This document shows, in pieces, positions 11,094 through 19,641 of a stretch of 64,000 nucleotides of DNA. Source of the stretch: Actinomycetales bacterium (GTDB taxonomy: Bacteria > Actinomycetota > Actinomycetes > Actinomycetales > CAVURS01); the NCBI GenBank assembly GCA_045807245.1, contig JBJMHS010000061.1, forward strand, positions 3,054 to 67,053, read 5' to 3'. The notes under the pieces are model-generated. The model ran no database searches. It was not told where the DNA came from and saw only the letters and a list, made by a program, of their open reading frames with translations. Both the position numbers and the translations under genes were made by a program. Each line of letters starts with the position of its first letter. Position 1 is the stretch's first letter.

Positions 11094-12854
11094 CTACTTC
11101 TGCCAGGTGGTGAAGCCGATTCCCTTGCCGTCGCCGGTGGCGGAGACGGCGAGTCCGCTCCACCCGGACCGGACGACGGTCGCAGCGGCTCGGTCCCCCC
11201 ATGCGCTGTTGGTGCGCAGCGTCCGGGCGACGGGTGCGTTGGGCCCGGTGGTGGCGACCACCAGTCCGACGTCGGTGCTGGCTCCGTCGACCGGTGTCTG
11301 GACGCGTCCAGCGGCCAGGCTGATGAACGGTGCACCGGAGCTGGCCAGCACTTCTTGAGGCGGCAGCCAGGAGCTCGAGCCTGCGGCCTTGGACATGGTG
11401 AACACCCGATGATCGAAGGTCGACGCGCCATAGCCGATGAGGTCGAGCTCGACGGCTCCGGCGGAGGGTCCGCTGGTGGCTGCGGCGAGCGCCACCCGGG
11501 TGGCCTGGACGGGCAGACCCGCCGTGTCGCGGACGATCTGCCAGCCGTCCCAGTTGCCGTCCGCGTGACGCGTCCGGTAGTTGATGTTGTGGTCCAGCCC
11601 GAGGGCGGCGACGTGCGCGGTGCCGCTGTTGTCGATGCTCAACGCCACGTCCGTGGCCTGGAAGAAGTCAGGTCCGGGACTGCCCCACGCCGACCAGGTG
11701 CCGCGCGGAGGCAAGGTGCGATGCCAGATCCGCTTGTCGCCACCGACCACTGCCAGCTGAACCTCCCCGGTCGTCGGGTTGGTGTCGATGGCGACCGATG
11801 TGGCCAGCATGGGCTGACCGTTGGCCGCGTACATCGGGGTGAACTCCGGTGCGGGGTTCTGCAACGGGTTGTCCACCCGGGCGTAGACCTGGCCACTGGA
11901 GGAGATGGCGGCCATTGCCTTGCCGTCATGGGAGACCGCCACGGCCAGCGGAGTGCCGGGCACGTTCTTGAACGGGTAGTCAGTGAACGGCGCGCCGGCT
12001 TCCCAGCCCGGCCCGGAGCCCGGGTAGTACGGCGCCTGCACGAGGGGCCCGGACCGGATCACGGTGCCCGAGCCGCTGCCGGGCAGGAACTGGAAGTCTC
12101 CCGTGTACGACGCCTTGACGACCTGTGGACCGGTGCCGGTGAACGTGGCCTGGCAGGTCGCCGTACGGCCGACCACGGCCACCGCGGCGCACTGACCGGA
12201 GCCGTTCGCTCCAAGATCGAAGTTCATCGTGCCTCGAGGCACGGACGACGCCCCCGCATCGGACCCATAGGTGAGCTTCGCGGTCAAGGTCACGGGGACG
12301 CCCGGCACGGAGTTCCCACTGGGCTGGACGGAGACTTGCGGGTCCACCTTCGGCCCGAACCTGAAGAGCACTGTCCCGGGCTTGAGGCGGGTCTCCACCG
12401 TGCAGGTGTCCGGCGGCGTCACTGGCCCGTCGTTCTGGCATTGACCGCTGCTCCAGGTGCCTGAGTACGAGGCCATGAGGTGGTAATACGCACGCTGCGC
12501 ATCGTCCCGGCACATGGCGAGGTAGCTGTATGCGCCGTCCCAGTCAGGTCCACCGACGGTCCAGCCTCCGGCAGCTCCCGGCGCGATCCTCGCAGTTGGC
12601 GCGACCACGAAGTCCCACGACGCGTATGGGGATTCCAAGAAGTCGCCGGCGCAGGGAGTCGCGTTCCAGTCCATGAGGTCCCACGGGACGGTCGAGTTGT
12701 TGACGACGACTGCACTGGTGTAGACCCAGTTGTCCGCTGCCACTGCCGAAGTCGGAGAGCTCAGGCCGGCGACGAGCAGCCCGACCACGACGGGAAGCAC
12801 TGCCAGGACCCTGCGCCAGCTGCGACGCAGAGACTGCTGGATATGACGAACCAC
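11094..12854 (-). CDS. Secreted multidomain protein: unknown Cys-containing N-domain + bacterial Ig-like domain + ~5-6 beta-propeller-like repeats
   Basis: GTG start with SD (cagGGGGGttacatcGTG). Signal peptide RRVLAVLPVVVGLLVAGLSSPTSAVAA. Ig-like segment VTLTAKLTY...VVKASYTGDFQFLPGSGSG. The C-terminus has ~50-aa repeats with W-x2-W signatures (GTWSAWG, GNWDGWQ). It lies 25 nt downstream of the phosphoesterase paralog. Confidence 0.75.
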   Translation of the reverse strand: MVRHIQQSLRRSWRRVLAVLPVVVGLLVAGLSSPTSAVAADNWVYTSAVVVNNSTVPWDLMDWNATPCAGDFLESPYASWDFVVAPTARIAPGAAGGWTVGGPDWDGAYSYLAMCRDDAQRAYYHLMASYSGTWSSGQCQNDGPVTPPDTCTVETRLKPGTVLFRFGPKVDPQVSVQPSGNSVPGVPVTLTAKLTYGSDAGASSVPRGTMNFDLGANGSGQCAAVAVVGRTATCQATFTGTGPQVVKASYTGDFQFLPGSGSGTVIRSGPLVQAPYYPGSGPGWEAGAPFTDYPFKNVPGTPLAVAVSHDGKAMAAISSSGQVYARVDNPLQNPAPEFTPMYAANGQPMLATSVAIDTNPTTGEVQLAVVGGDKRIWHRTLPPRGTWSAWGSPGPDFFQATDVALSIDNSGTAHVAALGLDHNINYRTRHADGNWDGWQIVRDTAGLPVQATRVALAAATSGPSAGAVELDLIGYGASTFDHRVFTMSKAAGSSSWLPPQEVLASSGAPFISLAAGRVQTPVDGASTDVGLVVATTGPNAPVARTLRTNSAWGDRAAATVVRSGWSGLAVSATGDGKGIGFTTWQK

Positions 12855-12879
12855 GATGTAACCCCCTGTGTGTTGGTTC

Positions 12880-13794
12880 TCAGAACTGGAAGCCGTAGGC
12901 GAACGACTGCGCGGTGGCGGCGCAACCTAACGCGGACAGCCCGAGGATGTCCTCCGCGGTCCGCAACGTCGAGCAGTGCGTGTAGGCCTCGTCCGAGACG
13001 ATGCCCGAGATCGTCGCGCCGACCAGGACGGTCGGGATGTGGTTGCTGGTCGGCGAGCCTTCGTCCCAGGTGAGGACGATCAGCAGGCGGCCGGAGGTGA
13101 AGTCGTCCGAGGCCAGGATCTGCGGCAGCCAGGTCGCCAGCCAGTCGTCGCCGCGCTTGATCTTGCCCGTCGTGCAGCCCGTGGCGCCGTGCATGTCGTT
13201 GCACGCGTTCGGCGTGACGAACGAGTACGCCGGCAGGCCGGTCTGCAGGTCGTCATGCAGTGCACCGGCATCCGGGGTCCCGAGCGGCACCGACCAGCTG
13301 CGGCACCGAGCCTTCTCGCTGACGTAGTACGTCGGCGGTGCGTGCCGGACGACGTACGGCGAGGCGTTGCTGCGCAGGCAGTTCGACGGCATCGACTCGG
13401 CGTACTCCCGCCATTGCAGTCCGGCCTCAGCGACCTGGCTGAAGATGCTCGATCCAGCGAGCGGGTGCTTGGCCGGGTTCGCGTCGTCGCACACGTCCTG
13501 CCGCGACCCGCTGGTCATGATGAGGTACGCCGCTAGCGACGGACACTCGGTGGGATAGCCCGCGTCCATCGCGGTCGCTCGCCCGTACTTCGCGGCCAGC
13601 GCGGTGATGTACGGCGCCTGAGCGGTTCCGATCACCGCGGACTCGGGCTCGTTCTCCTCCGCGATGACCATGACCTTCGTGTAGCCGCCTTGAGCGGCCA
13701 CCGCCCCGCCCGGTGGGGCCAGCGTCGTGGCCAGAGCCACGACGGCCAGGCCGACCAGTAAACGGGCATGACGACGCAAACGTGTTCCCCCCAC
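12880..13794 (-). CDS. Secreted phosphoesterase-family protein (PF04185-like acid phosphatase/phospholipase C family), paralog 1
   Basis: Motifs VMVIAEENEPES, CPSLAAYLIMTSGS, FVTPNACNDMHG, LTWDEGS and NHIPTVLVG. The GTG at 13794 gives the signal peptide RLRRHARLLVGLAVVALATTLAPPGGAVAA. The ORF track extends to 13905, overlapping the upstream paralog. Confidence 0.75.
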   Translation of the reverse strand: MGGTRLRRHARLLVGLAVVALATTLAPPGGAVAAQGGYTKVMVIAEENEPESAVIGTAQAPYITALAAKYGRATAMDAGYPTECPSLAAYLIMTSGSRQDVCDDANPAKHPLAGSSIFSQVAEAGLQWREYAESMPSNCLRSNASPYVVRHAPPTYYVSEKARCRSWSVPLGTPDAGALHDDLQTGLPAYSFVTPNACNDMHGATGCTTGKIKRGDDWLATWLPQILASDDFTSGRLLIVLTWDEGSPTSNHIPTVLVGATISGIVSDEAYTHCSTLRTAEDILGLSALGCAATAQSFAYGFQF

Positions 13795-13861
13795 AGCGCG
13801 GAACCATACCGGATATTTCGCGGTGGACCGCGCAGGTGTTTGCCACGACGGGCCGTCGAGG

Positions 13862-14812
13862 TCAGAACCCGAAGCCGTAGGCAAACGACGAAGCCGTTGT
13901 GGCACAACCGATCCGGGGTAGGCCGAGGATGTCCTCCGTCGTCCGCAGCGTTGAGCAGTGGCTGTACGCCGTGCCCGGCTTCTTCGCGCTGATACTGCGT
14001 CCGACGAGGACCGTCGGGATGTGGTTGCTCGACTTCGAGCCCTCGTCCCACGTGACGATCACGAGCAACCGCCCCTGCTGGAAGTCGGGAGAGCCCATGA
14101 TCAGCGGCATCCAGCGCGCCAGCCAGTCGTCCCCGCGCTTGACCTTGCCGCTGGTGCAGCCGGTGGCGCCGTGCATGTCGTTGCAGGCGTTCGGCGTCAC
14201 GAACGAGTACGCCGGCAGACCCGAGCCGAGGGCGCTGCGCAACGCCCCGGACGACGTCGTACCGAACGAGACGTCCCAGCTCTGACAGCGCTCTCTCTCG
14301 CTCGGGTAGTACGGCGGAGGGGCATGACGCACGAGGTAGAGCCCGTCGTTGCTCCGGTGACAGTTGCCGGGCATCGACTCGGCGTACTCCCGCCACTGCA
14401 GTCCAGCCGCCGCCACCTGGTTGAAGATGTTGTCGCCTGCCAGCTGGTGCTTGGCCGGGTTCGCGTCGTCGCAGATCCCTTGTTGCGACCCGCTCGTCAT
14501 GAGGATGTAGGCAGCGAGCGACGGGCAGTCGGTCGGATAGCCGGCCTGCATGTTGGTGGCCTGGCCGTACGTCGCGGCGAGCTGGCTGATGTACGGCGCC
14601 TGCGAGGAGCCGATGATCGCGGACTCCGGCTCGTTCTCCTCGGCGATCACCATCACCTTCGTGTAGTAGGCGCCCGCGACTGCGGGTCCGCCGTCGGCTG
14701 GTATCAGGGTCATGGAGACGGCGACCCCCGCGAAAACCATTCCGGCGCTGAGCACTAGGCGGTGTGGAGTCACGTCCACACCGTGGCGGCGGCGAGTTGA
14801 CCGCAGGGGCAC
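13862..14812 (-). CDS. Secreted phosphoesterase-family protein, paralog 2
   Basis: Same motif set (VMVIAEENEPES, FVTPNACNDMHG, VTWDEGS, NHIPTVLVG). N-terminal hydrophobic segment LVLSAGMVFAGVAVSMTL. Confidence 0.8.
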   Translation of the reverse strand: MPLRSTRRRHGVDVTPHRLVLSAGMVFAGVAVSMTLIPADGGPAVAGAYYTKVMVIAEENEPESAIIGSSQAPYISQLAATYGQATNMQAGYPTDCPSLAAYILMTSGSQQGICDDANPAKHQLAGDNIFNQVAAAGLQWREYAESMPGNCHRSNDGLYLVRHAPPPYYPSERERCQSWDVSFGTTSSGALRSALGSGLPAYSFVTPNACNDMHGATGCTSGKVKRGDDWLARWMPLIMGSPDFQQGRLLVIVTWDEGSKSSNHIPTVLVGRSISAKKPGTAYSHCSTLRTTEDILGLPRIGCATTASSFAYGFGF

Positions 14813-14875
14813 GCCTGGTGACGTGTCGGGGACGTTCCGTGGACGGTCGCGTGTCGCTGCGGCGACAAGCGGGAG

Positions 14876-15889
14876 TCAGAAGCGGAAACCCGTGCGGAAC
14901 GACGCTGCGGTCGCCGCGCAGCCCAGGCGGGGCAGCCCGAGCGAGTCCTCGGCCAGCCGGAGCGTCGAGCAGTGTGTGTAGGCAGCCGCTGACGACAGGC
15001 CGCGCACGGTCCGCGCGACCACGAGCGTCGGGATGTGGTTGGTGGTGCCCGAACCTTCGTCCCACGTGATGAGGACGACGAGCCGCGCCTGCTGGAAGTC
15101 GTCGGACGCGATGATCTGCGGCATCCACTTCGCGAGCCAGTTGTCCCCGCTCTTGATGATCGTGGTCTGGCAGCTCGGTGCGCCGTGCATGTCGTTGCAC
15201 GCGTTGGGTGTGACGAATGAGTACGACGGCAGCCCGGTCGCGAGGGCGGCGTGCAACGCGCCGCTCGTCGTCGTACCGAGTGGGACGTCCCATGCGTCGC
15301 AGCGGCCGCTCTCGCTGGTGTAGTAGGGGGGTGGCGCGTGCCGGACCAGGTAGAGGCCATCGCTGCTGTTTGTGGTTCGGCAGCTCTGCGGCATCGACTC
15401 GGCGTACTCGCGCCATTCGAGCCCGGCGTCGGTCACCTGCTTGAAGATGTTGTCGCCAGACAACTGATGGTTCGCCGGCGGCTCGTCGTCGCAGATGCCT
15501 TGCTGGGACCCGCTCGTCATGAGGATGTAGGCCGCGAGCGACGGGCAGGCGGTCGGGTAGCCGGCCTGCATGTTGGTGGCCTGGCCGTAGGTCGCGGCCA
15601 GCTTGGTGAGGTACGGCGCCTGCGAGGAGCCGATGACGGAGGACTCTGGCTCGTTCTCCTCGGCGATGACCATCACCTTGCTGTACGGCGAGACCTGGGC
15701 CGGTGGCCGCGGCGTCGCGGTCCAGCTCGTGGCCCGCCCTCCGGTCGCCGGCGCCACCGGACGGTTGCCGGACGGCGTCGGACCAGGGGTGGGAGGCGTC
15801 GAGCCGCAGGCGGCGAGCGCGAGCAGCACGGCCAGCGCGGCGCCGGCCACGGCGGCCGAGCCGGCCCGGCGAGTGCGGCAGCGGGTCAC
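14876..15889 (-). CDS. Phosphoesterase-family lipoprotein, paralog 3
   Basis: Same motif set. The N-terminus RTRRAGSAAVAGAALAVLLALAAC has a lipobox (LAAC), followed by a Pro/Thr-rich linker. GTG start. Confidence 0.8.
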   Translation of the reverse strand: MTRCRTRRAGSAAVAGAALAVLLALAACGSTPPTPGPTPSGNRPVAPATGGRATSWTATPRPPAQVSPYSKVMVIAEENEPESSVIGSSQAPYLTKLAATYGQATNMQAGYPTACPSLAAYILMTSGSQQGICDDEPPANHQLSGDNIFKQVTDAGLEWREYAESMPQSCRTTNSSDGLYLVRHAPPPYYTSESGRCDAWDVPLGTTTSGALHAALATGLPSYSFVTPNACNDMHGAPSCQTTIIKSGDNWLAKWMPQIIASDDFQQARLVVLITWDEGSGTTNHIPTLVVARTVRGLSSAAAYTHCSTLRLAEDSLGLPRLGCAATAASFRTGFRF

Positions 15890-15996
15890 CGCCCCATTCG
15901 ACCAGACGCGCCTTAAAGGTGCCCTGGGGTCGTTCCCCTACGCTCGAACCGGCGGCCGCACCGGGCCGCAGCCGTGGATCGGGGGATCGGGAGCGG

Positions 15997-16620
15997 ATGA
16001 GCGAGCCGGCGGTCACGACCGATCGCGTCCTGACCGTGCCCAACGCCTTGTCGGCGCTGCGGCTGCTGGGCGTGCCGGTGTTCCTGTGGCTGATCCTGGC
16101 CCACCACGACGGCTGGGCACTGATCGTGCTCATGCTGTCCGGCGTCACCGACTACCTGGACGGCAAGATCGCGCGCCGTTGGAACCTCATCTCCCGGGCC
16201 GGCCAGCTGCTCGACCCCGCGGCCGACCGCCTCTACATCCTGGCCACGTTGCTCGGCCTGGCCATCCGCGGCGTGATCCCGTGGTGGCTGGTCGGCCTGC
16301 TGGTGGGCCGGGAGGCGTTCATTGCGGCGCTGCTGCCCTTCCTGCGGACCCGTGGGTACACCGCGCTGCCCGTGCACTTCCTGGGCAAGGCGGCCACGCT
16401 GTGCCTCCTCTACGCCTTCCCGTTGCTGCTGCTCGGGCAGTTCGACAACGTCGCCGGCACCGTGGCCCAGCCGGTCGGCTGGGCCTTCGCCTGGTGGGGG
16501 ACCGGCCTGTACTGGCTGGCCGGGATCCGGTACGCGGAGCAGACTCGCCAGGTCCTGCGGACGGTCCCGCGGGTCGGCCAGGCGTCCACGGCGACGAGGC
16601 CCCCCGAGGTCGCACGATGA
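15997..16620 (+). CDS. CDP-alcohol phosphatidyltransferase (PgsA / actinobacterial cardiolipin-synthase-like)
   Basis: Motif DYLDGKIARRWNLISRAGQLLDPAADR (D-G-x2-AR-x8-G-x3-D-x3-D). Multiple TM segments. ATG at 15997 within the longer ORF 15703..16620. Confidence 0.85.
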   Translation: MSEPAVTTDRVLTVPNALSALRLLGVPVFLWLILAHHDGWALIVLMLSGVTDYLDGKIARRWNLISRAGQLLDPAADRLYILATLLGLAIRGVIPWWLVGLLVGREAFIAALLPFLRTRGYTALPVHFLGKAATLCLLYAFPLLLLGQFDNVAGTVAQPVGWAFAWWGTGLYWLAGIRYAEQTRQVLRTVPRVGQASTATRPPEVAR

Positions 16621-17519
16621 GCGTGACTGCCCGTCGGCGGCCGGACGCCTCCATGACGCTGCTGACCGAGGTCATGGAGCGGCCGCTGGACCCGGGGTAC
16701 CAGGCCGCTGCCGACCGGCGAAACGTGTCGGGAGCCCAGCCCGTCACGCCGGCGAACCGGGTCGTGACGACGGTGCTGCTCGCCGTGATCGGCCTGCTCA
16801 CAGTGGCCGCCGTCCTCGCCCTGAGGGCGCCACAGCCGGAGGCGGCGTCGGCCAAGGACGCGCTGCTCGAGCGGATCAGGTCCGAGACCGCGGCCGCCGA
16901 CCGGCTGCAGCGGGCCAACGACACCCTGCGGCTGACCAACGACAAGGCCCAGGCCGACCTGCTCCGCTTGCAGTCCCGAGGGAGCCTGGCCGACCGGATC
17001 CAGCAGCTGGGCATGGTGTCCGGTGCGCTCGCGGTCCGCGGGCCCGGACTGCAGGTCAGTGTCAAGGACGCCCCGGGCTCGGCTCCGACCGCAGGTGAGG
17101 ATCCGCGGCAGCAGGACGAGAAGGCGCAGGGCCGCGTGCTGGACCGCGACCTGCAGATCGTGGTCAACGGCCTGTGGGCTGCGGGCGCCGAGGCGATCAG
17201 CATCAACGGGCAACGACTGACCGCACTGTCGGCGATCCGGTCGGCGGGCGAGGCCATCCTGGTCGACTTCCGGCCGCTCACCCCGCCGTACGTGATCAGC
17301 GCGATCGGTTCCTCGGACGCGCTTCGCTCGGGTTTCGCGTCCGGCGCCGCGGGGCCTTACCTGCACTCGCTGCAGGACAACTACGGGATCGGCAGCTCGA
17401 TCGACAGCGTGTCGTCCCTGTCCCTGCCCGCGGCCAGCGGCTTGACTTTGCACGAGGTCAGGCCGCCTCCGTCGCCCACGTCGTCCCGCTCGCCCACCAG
17501 TACGGAGAGTTCCCCGTGA
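16617..17519 (+). CDS. DUF881-domain membrane protein
   Basis: ATGA overlap with the upstream stop. One TM segment, a coiled-coil segment, then GPGLQVSVKD...RDLQIVVNGLWAAGAEAISINGQRL, typical of DUF881. Confidence 0.8.
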   Translation: MSVTARRRPDASMTLLTEVMERPLDPGYQAAADRRNVSGAQPVTPANRVVTTVLLAVIGLLTVAAVLALRAPQPEAASAKDALLERIRSETAAADRLQRANDTLRLTNDKAQADLLRLQSRGSLADRIQQLGMVSGALAVRGPGLQVSVKDAPGSAPTAGEDPRQQDEKAQGRVLDRDLQIVVNGLWAAGAEAISINGQRLTALSAIRSAGEAILVDFRPLTPPYVISAIGSSDALRSGFASGAAGPYLHSLQDNYGIGSSIDSVSSLSLPAASGLTLHEVRPPPSPTSSRSPTSTESSP

Positions 17520-17848
17520 TCGCTGCGCTCGGCCTCGTCATCGGTGTCGTCGCTGGCCTGATCCTGCATCCGACCGTGCCGCTGTGGCTGCAGCCGTACC
17601 TGCCCATCGCGGTGGTCGCCGCACTCGATGCGGTCTTCGGTGGCGTCCGCGCCGTGCTGGACGGGATCTTCGACGACAAGGTGTTCGTGGTCTCGTTCCT
17701 GTCCAACGTCGTCGTCGCCGCGCTCATCGTCTACCTCGGTGACCAGCTCGGCGTCGGGTCCCAGCTGTCCACGGGTGTCGTGGTGGTCCTGGGAGTGCGC
17801 ATCTTCTCCAACGTCGCCGCGATCCGGCGGCACCTGTTCCGCGCATGA
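17516..17848 (+). CDS. Small basic membrane protein (Sbp/DUF1290-like)
   Basis: 110-aa polytopic hydrophobic protein between two DUF881 genes. GTGA overlap upstream and ATGA overlap downstream. Confidence 0.75.
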   Translation: MIAALGLVIGVVAGLILHPTVPLWLQPYLPIAVVAALDAVFGGVRAVLDGIFDDKVFVVSFLSNVVVAALIVYLGDQLGVGSQLSTGVVVVLGVRIFSNVAAIRRHLFRA

Positions 17849-18651
17849 CGGCAGTCCACGGCCCGGGCGGGGCACACGAGTCTCCCGGCCGGCCGGAGGA
17901 ACCGGCGCGTACGGCGTGGGCTCGGCTGTTGCGGGCCGGACGGCCGCGGGCGACCCGGGCTCAGGCGCTGGCCGGTGTGCTGACGCTTGCCCTGGGCTTC
18001 GCCGTCGTGACCCAGCTCCGGCAGACCCAGCAGGAGGGGCTGTCCACGCTGCGCGAGACCGACCTCGTCCGCATCCTGGACGACGTCGGGCAGCGCGAGG
18101 CCCGGCTGGAGGCCGACGCCCGTGACCTGGAAGCCACCCAGCAGCGGCTGCGGTCCGGCTCGGACAGCTCGCAGGCCGCCCTGGAGGCCGCCCAGGCGCG
18201 ACTGGACACGCTGGGCGTGCTGACCGGCACCCTGCCGGCCAGCGGTCCGGGCATCCAGCTCACCGTCACCGACCCGCAGGGCAAGGTCACGGCCGCGATG
18301 CTGCTGGACACCCTGCAGGAGCTGCGGGACGCGGGCGCAGAGGCGGTGCAGGTGGGCCCGGTCCGCGTCGTGGCCAGCACCGCGTTCGAGGACGGCGGCA
18401 CCCGTTCCGACCCCGCGGTCGTCGTCGACTCGAACGTGCTGCACCCGCCGTACGTCTTCCTGGCCGTCGGTGACCCGCCCACGCTGTCGGCGGCGCTCGA
18501 CATCCCCGGTGGTGTGCTGGAGACATTGCGTCAGCAGGGCGCAGAGGGCACCGTCAGCACTGACGACGATGTACGCATCACGGCCTTGCACACCATTTCC
18601 CCGCCTCGTTACGCTCGCCCGGCTCCGACCCCTTCGGGGGCGGCCGGCTGA
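17845..18651 (+). CDS. DUF881-domain membrane protein (second copy)
   Basis: TM segment plus coiled coil plus GPGIQLTVTDP...LLDTLQELRDAGAEAVQVGPVRV, paralogous to 16617..17519. Confidence 0.8.
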   Translation: MTAVHGPGGAHESPGRPEEPARTAWARLLRAGRPRATRAQALAGVLTLALGFAVVTQLRQTQQEGLSTLRETDLVRILDDVGQREARLEADARDLEATQQRLRSGSDSSQAALEAAQARLDTLGVLTGTLPASGPGIQLTVTDPQGKVTAAMLLDTLQELRDAGAEAVQVGPVRVVASTAFEDGGTRSDPAVVVDSNVLHPPYVFLAVGDPPTLSAALDIPGGVLETLRQQGAEGTVSTDDDVRITALHTISPPRYARPAPTPSGAAG

Positions 18652-18684
18652 AACCTCCGCTCGACCACTGGAAGGCATCCGCAG

Positions 18685-19074
18685 ATGAGCTCCCTGGACT
18701 ACCCCGAGGACCTGCACTACACCAGCGAGCACGAGTGGGTGCGGTCGGTCGCCGACGGCGTGCTGCGGGTGGGGATCACGTCGTACGCGCAAGATGCGCT
18801 GGGCGACGTGGTCTACGTGACGCTGCCCGACGTCGGCGCGGCGGTGTCGGCCGGTGACGCGTGCGGCGAGGTCGAGTCGACGAAGAGCGTCAGCGACCTG
18901 TACGCGCCGGTCTCCGGCGAGGTGACTGCTCGCAACGAGGCTCTGGACTCGACACCGGAGCTGGTGAACAGCGATCCGTACGGCCAGGGCTGGCTGTACG
19001 AGCTGCGGCCGGGAGACCCCAGCGCGGTCGAGGGGCTGCTGGACTCCGCGAGCTACCAGGACCAGCTGCGCTGA
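18685..19074 (+). CDS. gcvH: Glycine cleavage system protein H
   Basis: Lipoyl-lysine motif GEVESTKSVSDLYAPVSGEV. 129 aa. Confidence 0.93.
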   Translation: MSSLDYPEDLHYTSEHEWVRSVADGVLRVGITSYAQDALGDVVYVTLPDVGAAVSAGDACGEVESTKSVSDLYAPVSGEVTARNEALDSTPELVNSDPYGQGWLYELRPGDPSAVEGLLDSASYQDQLR

Positions 19075-19164
19075 GGGACTCCGGCTCGGCGCACGAGCAG
19101 GCTCCGACCGGTTACCGTTGCTCTTTTCCTGCATCCATCCGAGCACCGGCCGAGGGGAGGACCG

Positions 19165-19641
19165 ATGAGCAATCCGTCGGACGAGACCGACATCGTGCAT
19201 CCGGCCGCCCCGGTCGACCCCGCGACGACGGACACTGCCGCCGACACCGGGCGGGGGACCGAGACGCCGGCCGAGCAGGGCGAGGCCGGGCTCAGTGCGG
19301 CCGACCAGGCGACGGTCGAGGCGCTGCAGTCCGGGACGGCCCTGCTGATCGTGCGCCACGGCCCGACCGCGGGCGCCCGATTCCTGCTGGACGCCGACGT
19401 CACGACCGTGGGGCGGCATCCCGGCAACGACATCTTCCTGGACGACGTCACGGTGTCGCGCAAGCACGCCCAGTTCGTCCGCACCCCGGACGGCTTCGTG
19501 GTTCGTGACGTCGGCAGCTTGAACGGCACGTACGTCGGCCGTGAGCGGATCGACCGCGAGGCGAGGCTGCGGACCGGCGACGAGGTGCAGATCGGCAAGT
19601 TCCGCTTCCTGTTCAACGAGCGTGCCGGCGGTCACGAGTGA
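19165..19641 (+). CDS. garA: FHA-domain regulator GarA/OdhI
   Basis: The N-terminal tail carries a threonine-containing segment (RGTETPAEQ). The C-terminal FHA domain is VGRHPGNDIFLDDVTVSRKHAQF...VRDVGSLNGTYV. Conserved position after gcvH. Confidence 0.9.
   Translation: MSNPSDETDIVHPAAPVDPATTDTAADTGRGTETPAEQGEAGLSAADQATVEALQSGTALLIVRHGPTAGARFLLDADVTTVGRHPGNDIFLDDVTVSRKHAQFVRTPDGFVVRDVGSLNGTYVGRERIDREARLRTGDEVQIGKFRFLFNERAGGHE

Noticed and set aside
15925-15960. A tRNA-like fragment (minus-strand GGTTCGAGCG) that might mark an att site at the right edge of the accessory block.
   Set aside because: There is no complementary T-stem and no match to the tRNA-Pro 3' end (GGTTCAAATCCTGTCGTCCCG). 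The resemblance is limited to a 7-8 nt T-loop-like string.
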